Shown here: one piece after another, positions 42,420 to 47,797 of the stretch
Position numbering within the stretch: position 1 is the stretch's first letter
Layout: every line of letters starts with the position of its first letter
IMG/VR virus record: IMGVR_UViG_3300045391_004734
Location: 1 to 47,797 of that record
Strand: one strand, 5' to 3'
DNA: 47,797 bases
Origin: a virus
Notes under the pieces: model-generated
The model's input: the letters and a program-made list of their open reading frames with translations, nothing else
Told to the model about the DNA's origin: nothing
Database searches by the model: none
Program-made: the position numbers and the translations under genes

Positions 42420-42590
42420 ATGAGACGAAATAAAACGCTCACGAATTCACGAGCAGACAAGATTGAACACTTACGAGACGTAACTCAAGCGTCAGGCAAG
42501 TGCACTATATGTCCACCTAACAAAGGCTGTAATAAACCACGCAAAAAGCGCGGCGAAAAACAACCAAGGTATAAAGACAAGCGAAAATAA
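42420..42590 (+). CDS. very basic micro-ORF (56 aa), uncertain
   Basis: no clear RBS; Lys/Arg-rich with CTICPPNKGC. Confidence 0.25.
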   Translation: MRRNKTLTNSRADKIEHLRDVTQASGKCTICPPNKGCNKPRKKRGEKQPRYKDKRK

Positions 42591-42667
42591 GCCGCGTGTC
42601 TTATTAAGAATAACTTGTTTCAAAGGAAATTGTCAAAAACGTCTGATTCTCGAAAGGAGAAATTACA

Positions 42668-42979
42668 ATGCGTATAGAGTTTGATTTTGAGTCAAAGCAC
42701 TTTACTACAGGGGAACTATGCAACTTGCATGAGGTTGAGATAGACATACAGTGCTACGATAGTGATGGAAGTGACGCTTCATTCGAAGTTGTTAGTATAC
42801 TCGACGTTGACCTTAATGTATGGCGAGAACTTAAGGACTTCCCACCGGATGAGATAAAGGCTATAGAGGCACTATGTGAGGCATATACAGATGAGAATGC
42901 ATGTGAGGCATACCAAGACTATGCGGAAGGCGCTGCCGATGCTATGTACGATGCGTGGAAGGATGGGACCTTTGAATAA
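42668..42979 (+). CDS. highly acidic small protein (103 aa), DNA-mimic/anti-restriction candidate
   Basis: AAAGGAG RBS; about 28 Asp+Glu versus about 6 Lys+Arg by hand count. Confidence 0.6.
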   Translation: MRIEFDFESKHFTTGELCNLHEVEIDIQCYDSDGSDASFEVVSILDVDLNVWRELKDFPPDEIKAIEALCEAYTDENACEAYQDYAEGAADAMYDAWKDGTFE

Positions 42980-42995
42980 CCGCGCTTACCACATG

Positions 42996-43024
42996 TGGAT
43001 TTGTGAATTTTTAAGGTTGGATTT
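42996..43024 (+). repeat. iteron-like TGGATTT copies (42996-43002, 43018-43024)
   Basis: read directly. Confidence 0.55.
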
Positions 43025-43047
43025 TAAAAAGGTTAGATACGTTGGAT

Positions 43048-43079
43048 AAAAAAAGCCCTGTAAGACAAACCTACAGGGC
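43048..43079 (-). terminator. rho-independent terminator of the - strand early block
   Basis: 8-bp stem GCCCTGTA/TACAGGGC (43055-43062/43072-43079) followed on the - strand by TTTTTTT (43048-43054). Confidence 0.7.
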
Positions 43080-43108
43080 CAAACGACAATACATTTCCGG
43101 GTACGCCG

Positions 43109-43303
43109 TTAAACCGGCACTTCTTCAGTCAATTCATATAAGTCAATGACTTTAGTATCTTCAAGTACATTCACGAATTCAGTTCTATGTGTATGAAAAT
43201 CACCTGTACTCATTTGAAGTCTCAACTCTTTATAAGCCTCAAAATCAAATAGTACGCCGTCATAATTATCAGACCATACTTTAATTACTAGTTTGCTTTT
43301 CAC
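43109..43303 (-). CDS. hypothetical early protein (64 aa, GTG start)
   Basis: continuous ORF, 1-nt gap to the upstream gene. Confidence 0.5.
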   Translation of the reverse strand: MKSKLVIKVWSDNYDGVLFDFEAYKELRLQMSTGDFHTHRTEFVNVLEDTKVIDLYELTEEVPV

Positions 43304-43304
43304 T

Positions 43305-43673
43305 TTACACCGCCTTTTTAAAATCTAGATTTATATACTTTCGCTCAACCAATTCAATGAGACTTCGGACATGGTATGGGTCTACTTCGTAAGTGACTAT
43401 CATGCCATAGTGATCTGTCTCCACTACTCGTTCAATAGCTTGCAATCTCTTTTTGAGTTCAGCTCTAAATAGCTTTTCAAGTGTCTTAGGTTTTGGGTTC
43501 AACGTCTTAACGGGAGTCGTGATCTTACTTACGAATTGACCGTCTTGAGTATAAATACGCCAATAAGCACTACGACCATATAGTGGCGTTTCGCGATGAG
43601 GACAGTGAGTTCCATTGTATTCAATTTTTATTGACTGAATTATACAGTCTACTATTTCATTCCAAATACGCAT
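43305..43673 (-). CDS. hypothetical early protein (122 aa)
   Basis: continuous ORF, 1-nt gap to the upstream gene. Confidence 0.55.
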   Translation of the reverse strand: MRIWNEIVDCIIQSIKIEYNGTHCPHRETPLYGRSAYWRIYTQDGQFVSKITTPVKTLNPKPKTLEKLFRAELKKRLQAIERVVETDHYGMIVTYEVDPYHVRSLIELVERKYINLDFKKAV

Positions 43674-43674
43674 T

Positions 43675-43875
43675 TCAAGCTCCTTGTTTCATTCGTTTTT
43701 GTTTTATCATTTCAGCATGCGCAAAATTCACTACACGATCAGCATGCTTCAATCTATTTACGTGGACTTCGACACTTCCTTCGAAGCTGTCTTGTCCCTC
43801 TAGTCTCTGAATTCTTTTGTAAGCAAGATCCGCGAGACTAATAACAGGTGCAATTTTTGGTTTTACTACTAACAT
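43675..43875 (-). CDS. hypothetical early protein (66 aa)
   Basis: ATG 17 nt downstream of the palindrome 43893-43908. Confidence 0.5.
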   Translation of the reverse strand: MLVVKPKIAPVISLADLAYKRIQRLEGQDSFEGSVEVHVNRLKHADRVVNFAHAEMIKQKRMKQGA

Positions 43876-43892
43876 ACGTACCGCCTTTTAAA

Positions 43893-43908
43893 GGTATATA
43901 ATTATACC
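43893..43908. promoter_or_regulatory. palindrome variant GGTATATAATTATACC
   Basis: arms GGTATA/TATACC intact, centre TAAT; last base overlaps the upstream stop codon. Confidence 0.5.
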
Positions 43909-44150
43909 TACTCTAAAGTGTTTTTAATCTTAATTAAAGTTGTTTTTACTTTTAATAAATTTGCTTCTAGTCTTTTAATAAGCGCTTTTAAATTATTCCC
44001 GTCTTTACTGTGTCTATGAATTTCTCTGCCATAGTGATTTAGTAAAATATCGTAAAGCATAAAATCATTTAAAAACTCGTTAACTCTCTCAGAAAATAAT
44101 GCTTTTGCCTCTGTAAGATCTTTTGTTTGTTTCATTACTGGATTAGTCAT
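43908..44150 (-). CDS. hypothetical early protein (80 aa)
   Basis: start overlaps the end of the upstream micro-ORF. Confidence 0.5.
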   Translation of the reverse strand: MTNPVMKQTKDLTEAKALFSERVNEFLNDFMLYDILLNHYGREIHRHSKDGNNLKALIKRLEANLLKVKTTLIKIKNTLE

Positions 44151-44310
44151 TTTCTACCTCATCTATATGTAGTATTGAATTTGAAGGAATGATTTCATTG
44201 ATGCTCTTTAGGTTTTCATTCATGTCAATGCATCCAGCTCCTAAAAACACAATTACTAGTAAGTACAATAGGCTTTGTAAGAGCCATTCAATGTTATATT
44301 CGTTGATCAT
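44143..44310 (-). CDS. small membrane/lipoprotein-like protein (55 aa, below the track cutoff)
   Basis: GAGGTG RBS; LLYLLVIVFLGAGC hydrophobic segment ending in Cys. Confidence 0.4.
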   Translation of the reverse strand: MINEYNIEWLLQSLLYLLVIVFLGAGCIDMNENLKSINEIIPSNSILHIDEVEND

Positions 44311-44330
44311 TTTTCACCTCACTCTTTAAG

Positions 44331-44346
44331 AGTATATTAATATACT
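44331..44346. promoter_or_regulatory. palindrome AGTATATTAATATACT (perfect 16-mer)
   Basis: read directly; TTGAAA lies 14 nt upstream of TATATT on the - strand. Confidence 0.6.
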
Positions 44347-44568
44347 TTATTTCCCAAGTTTCAAAGTCGGTTTTGTAACAGTTTCCAAATAAAACTTAGT
44401 TTCATTTTGCAATTGAATAAGAGAAGCAAGATTCGAACTAAACAATGGTTGAACTACTAACCATTTTCCATTTTTGTATTCTTGCAATTCACTCATATAC
44501 ATCGTATTCATTTTATAGTTGTAATCAAAGTTCAAAGTCCTAATTGCTGTTAGTCTATAATTTTTCAT
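44347..44568 (-). CDS. hypothetical early protein (73 aa from ATG 44568)
   Basis: AAGGAG RBS before ATG 44568; the track start TTG 44610 is unlikely. Confidence 0.5.
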   Translation of the reverse strand: MKNYRLTAIRTLNFDYNYKMNTMYMSELQEYKNGKWLVVQPLFSSNLASLIQLQNETKFYLETVTKPTLKLGK

Positions 44569-44613
44569 TTGCTTCTCCTTGTTACGTGCTACATATACAG
44601 AATACTTCAACGA

Positions 44614-44629
44614 AGTATATTAATATACT
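44614..44629. promoter_or_regulatory. palindrome AGTATATTAATATACT (perfect 16-mer)
   Basis: read directly; TTGGCA lies 14 nt upstream of TATATT on the - strand; about 45 nt upstream of ATG 44568. Confidence 0.6.
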
Positions 44630-45211
44630 TTTTATTTTTCATGCCAAGTTATGCTAAGTTTATGTCTCAAATGAATAAACTCGTTATAGCTATATCTTTC
44701 TACTAGTGGTTTTATCAAAACTGATTAAAACCTTAAAAAACGTCATTTTTTTGGCTGATAAACTGGTCTCATTTTGAGTTTTTACCTCTTAAAATAAGTT
44801 TAAATGTATTATATTGCTGAAGAAGTGTATATCTATACACTTACTGATATCACAGGGTTATTTAGTGCTGTTTAATGCGATTTGGCTAGTTATTGCCTCA
44901 ATGACTGCAAAATATATTTATTAGGTCCCCTAAAATTGAGTCAAAACCCACGCCTTTTCACCCACCCCTCTAAATTATTTTTCAACGGTAAGGCTTATAC
45001 ACAATGCTTAATGATATCAATGGCTTAAGCCTGTCTCGCTTTGATACCAAAACTTTTTGGCCCGCGTATCTGCCCGCCATCCCCGTAAATTTTTAATATT
45101 GGTACCTTAAAATGTGCCAGGAACACTTTTGAAAAACAGCTAAATTATTGAAATTACACAGAAAAGACCTGCCGACCCAAATGAGTCTACTATTACGTCG
45201 ACCCAGATTCC

Positions 45212-45255
45212 CCTCCTTCCGCGATACTTGCGCCCTGATGGTATATTTATATACA
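45212..45255 (+). promoter_or_regulatory. composite element: CCTCCTTCCGCGATACT - 11 nt - GGTATATTTATATACA
   Basis: 15/17 match to the 3580 and 47156 17-mers, identical 11-nt spacing; ends 37 nt before the terS ATG. Confidence 0.55.
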
Positions 45256-45292
45256 GATTTACCCCTTAAAGTGGTGGGGTACCGGAGGCGAG

Positions 45293-45700
45293 ATGGCGAA
45301 GAAACCCCAGCGATGGGCTCCAACATCAAAAGACAACAAAACAGAAGACAGACTTGTCGACCTGATCGACACGATTGCTGACTTCGAGGAATTTCGACTC
45401 AAGGTACTTCCCGCTATTCAACAAGACGTCAAGGCGGGCCTGAGTGCAGAGGAGCTGCGAAAGAAATACCACGCATTGGTACAGGCTCGCCAGATCACCG
45501 CTCTCTTTCTAGAGACGGATCACAGCAAAGCAGCCTCAGTCGCGCAACAACTAATTGACCGCACAGAAGGAAAATCTGTTGAGCGCCAAGAAACCACTCA
45601 CAAATTTGAGAACCTGTCTGATGCAGAGCTTGATGCTGTCCTAAATTCGAAGCTCAACAAGATTAAATCTGACGAAGAGCTCTCTAGTACAGAGCATTGA
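45293..45700 (+). CDS. terS: small terminase subunit candidate
   Basis: GGAGG RBS; 135 aa; stop overlaps the terL start. Confidence 0.55.
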   Translation: MAKKPQRWAPTSKDNKTEDRLVDLIDTIADFEEFRLKVLPAIQQDVKAGLSAEELRKKYHALVQARQITALFLETDHSKAASVAQQLIDRTEGKSVERQETTHKFENLSDAELDAVLNSKLNKIKSDEELSSTEH

Positions 45701-47190
45701 TGTCCAAGCCACTGTCCAAGCTTAGCCGAGCTGAAAAAGAACAAATGATGATTGCTCTTGAAGAAAAAGAGCGGAGAGCACGTAATACAAAAGCTCTTTA
45801 CGTTCCTAATGAGGGTCAGCGCCCAGTCCACGCTTCAGACAAGATGATCCGCGCTGTTTTCAGCGGAAACGGAAGCGGTAAGACGACCATGGGATGTAAT
45901 GAGCTGTTGTGGGCCATGACTGGTTGGAATCCCATAAAGCAAGTCTACACGCCAGTCCCGGCGCGCCTGATTGTTGTTCTCGATAGTCCATCAAAAGTTC
46001 AAGACGTTTGGCTCCCGGAGCTTCAGAAGTGGGCCAATATAACAGAAGACATGCTAGAGAAGCGCGGAAAGCCCTATTACTCCGCCATTGTCTTCCCGAA
46101 TGGGTCCGAAGTCATTTTCATGTCACATGAGATGAATCCCCTGCTTTTTGAGTCTATTGAGGCGGATTACGTCATTTTTGACGAGCCTAGTCCTCACGCG
46201 GTCTATAAGGCCCTCCTACGGGGTCTTCGCAAAAAGGGTAGCAAGCCGTGGGTCCTCATGCTTGGAACGCCTATAACGGCTGCCTGGATGCGTAAAGAGA
46301 TATATGAAAAATGGTCACGAGGCGAGGCCCCAGATGTGGAATGCTTCCGCTTTTCTAGTGACGTAAACAAGCAAAACTTGAACTGGGATTTTTACGAGAA
46401 TGTTTTTTTCAAGAACCTATCCGAAGAAGAAATCCAAATCAGACGACATGGTTCATTTTTCGATTTATCTGGTCTTGCTCTTGCTCATCTTTTTAACCGC
46501 AGTGTCCACGTTGTTCGTCCCTTTGCATGGAATCCTGATTGGTCTGTGGTAATAGCGATAGACCCTCACCCGTCTAAGGCCAACGTTGCCTGTATGTTGG
46601 GTGTGGATCGAGATGGTTATTTATATTATATCAAAGAATTAACATCTGAGCTTCCCCCACGAGCTTTCGCCCGGCAACTTAGGAACTGGTACTCTAACTT
46701 CCGCGTTCACGATATCATCTGCGACTCTATAGGCTCCGCCCCTACCACTGGAGGAGATGGAAACAAATCTTTCATCGAAGTACTGAACGAAGAAGGAGTA
46801 CGAGCCCGCGCTACGACCTTCCAAGATAAAAATGATGAATCCTTCATTTCTAAAATACAGCAGGTCTTAGAAATACCAGCGGAGCCAAATAAACTTGGAA
46901 AGTTCTACCCCCTACTCCGAGTATTCTCCGATTGCGTAGGCATCATTGGGGATATTGAGAATGTCTGCTGGCTCAAATACAGAAACGCTGACGAATATAA
47001 ACCAAAACTAGATATTTCCCACAAAGATTATCTCGCTACCCTTAAATATGCCCTCACTGCCCACATCGCTGGGATTTACGCTAAGTCACGCGTGATTCGA
47101 CGCCCGGAAAGTTCATGGACTGGCTCGTCCGGGCGGGGACAAAACCCTCTCTATGGCTCCCTCCGCGATACTAAGGGTTTCAAGGTATAA
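45700..47190 (+). CDS. terL: large terminase subunit
   Basis: Walker A FSGNGSGKTT, Walker B VIFDEPS, C-terminal nuclease-sized domain; ATG 45700 (the track gives TTG 45697). Confidence 0.85.
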   Translation: MSKPLSKLSRAEKEQMMIALEEKERRARNTKALYVPNEGQRPVHASDKMIRAVFSGNGSGKTTMGCNELLWAMTGWNPIKQVYTPVPARLIVVLDSPSKVQDVWLPELQKWANITEDMLEKRGKPYYSAIVFPNGSEVIFMSHEMNPLLFESIEADYVIFDEPSPHAVYKALLRGLRKKGSKPWVLMLGTPITAAWMRKEIYEKWSRGEAPDVECFRFSSDVNKQNLNWDFYENVFFKNLSEEEIQIRRHGSFFDLSGLALAHLFNRSVHVVRPFAWNPDWSVVIAIDPHPSKANVACMLGVDRDGYLYYIKELTSELPPRAFARQLRNWYSNFRVHDIICDSIGSAPTTGGDGNKSFIEVLNEEGVRARATTFQDKNDESFISKIQQVLEIPAEPNKLGKFYPLLRVFSDCVGIIGDIENVCWLKYRNADEYKPKLDISHKDYLATLKYALTAHIAGIYAKSRVIRRPESSWTGSSGRGQNPLYGSLRDTKGFKV

Positions 47191-47199
47191 TATTATAAC
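47156..47199 (+). promoter_or_regulatory. composite element: GCTCCCTCCGCGATACT - 11 nt - GGTATAATATTATAAC
   Basis: 17-mer identical to 3580-3596; lies in the last codons of terL and ends 12 nt before the portal ATG. Confidence 0.55.
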
Positions 47200-47211
47200 A
47201 AGGAACAACTA

Positions 47212-47797
47212 ATGTCTGATTTGAATCAAGAGCAAGAAGTCATTCGCGACGGAAGAAAAAATAAATTAAAAGACGATGCCGAACAAGGTGTTCAGGTAAC
47301 AGCCTCGCTTCGCGACCAGATCGTGAAAGACCTCGTTAATAAAATCAAAGAAAAAGACATTCCTCAGAAAATTACTGGTGTGTGGAACAAAGGTAACGCT
47401 GACCGAATGGAATACCTACAACGCCAAGAAGAATATCTTGTTCAGGTAGATGAGTTCATAGATCCAATTTATCAAGCAGCGACGCAATGGGGAAGTGTCA
47501 TGCACCTTCCAGTAATTTTAACCGTCGTTAAAGCATTTCACGCTCGGATGTTCACAGCGCTTACCAGTGCCGATCCCATGTTCTCTATGAGAGCCAGAAA
47601 AGAGGCTCATGTAGAACATGAACATACTTGTGAAGCACTTATGCGCTACGCTCTTCGTGATTGGGCTAACAAATATTCTGGCGTTAATGAAGTTTTAGAT
47701 CGTTGGCTCTGGCAATGGGTAAGCGGAGGCTGCGGTCTCCTTAAATGGCGCTGGGATAAATCCTTTACAAGATTTAAAGATGTTGAAGAAGTCCCAG
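47212..47797 (+). CDS. portal protein, N-terminal part (runs off the window end, continues at base 1)
   Basis: AAGGAA RBS; open frame from ATG 47212 to the window end; in phase with 1..1691. Confidence 0.75.
   Translation, partial: MSDLNQEQEVIRDGRKNKLKDDAEQGVQVTASLRDQIVKDLVNKIKEKDIPQKITGVWNKGNADRMEYLQRQEEYLVQVDEFIDPIYQAATQWGSVMHLPVILTVVKAFHARMFTALTSADPMFSMRARKEAHVEHEHTCEALMRYALRDWANKYSGVNEVLDRWLWQWVSGGCGLLKWRWDKSFTRFKDVEEVP
47756..47797. repeat. terminal overlap identical to 1-42
   Basis: read directly. Confidence 0.95.

Noticed and set aside
45093-45381. Track ORFs 45093-45329 (-) and 45148-45381 (+)
   Set aside because: They overlap the composite regulatory element and the terS start, have no RBS, and are Arg/Pro-rich translations of the C-rich tracts.
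1-47797. CRISPR array or mini-array
   Set aside because: No regularly spaced direct repeats of 24-40 nt were seen. The recurring palindromes are isolated and are not interspaced by spacer-sized unique units.

Overview
The window is a complete tailed dsDNA phage genome of about 47,755 bp. Bases 1-42 repeat exactly at 47756-47797, so the contig closes on itself and the portal gene is split across the window ends. There are four transcription blocks. (i) The + strand late block runs from terS (45293) through terL, portal (wraps), HNH, scaffold, major capsid, fibers/spike and internal virion proteins to 17353. (ii) The - strand block runs from 35250 down to 17316. It holds early/accessory genes, a tRNA-type attP plus integrase, an orphan ParA-like ATPase, a lysis cassette, a resolvase-like nuclease, a family A DNA polymerase, a Cas4-like nuclease, a second small tyrosine recombinase, a GroES-like protein and a second HNH. 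(iii) The + strand block 36036-42979 holds a GT9-like glycosyltransferase, a DUF5664-like pyrophosphohydrolase, a lipoprotein, a secreted subtilase, a primase-helicase and a very acidic protein. (iv) A - strand block of small early genes runs from 44568 to 43109. I found no phage RNA polymerase, no obvious CI/Cro-type repressor, no CRISPR array, no reverse transcriptase and no complete tRNA. Five unexplained non-coding signals stand out. First, a GGTATA-N4-TATAC palindrome family has six perfect 14-mers and at least eleven arm-intact copies, all at gene boundaries. Second, a three-copy composite element with fixed 11-nt spacing is restricted to late genes. Third, a ~700-bp ORF-free, GC-enriched, hairpin-dense region lies between the divergent blocks (35329-36035). 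Fourth, a compact multi-hairpin element follows the subtilase gene. Fifth, iteron-like TGGATTT repeats lie next to the primase-helicase gene. All functional calls rest on motif recognition by eye and gene context; no searches were run.
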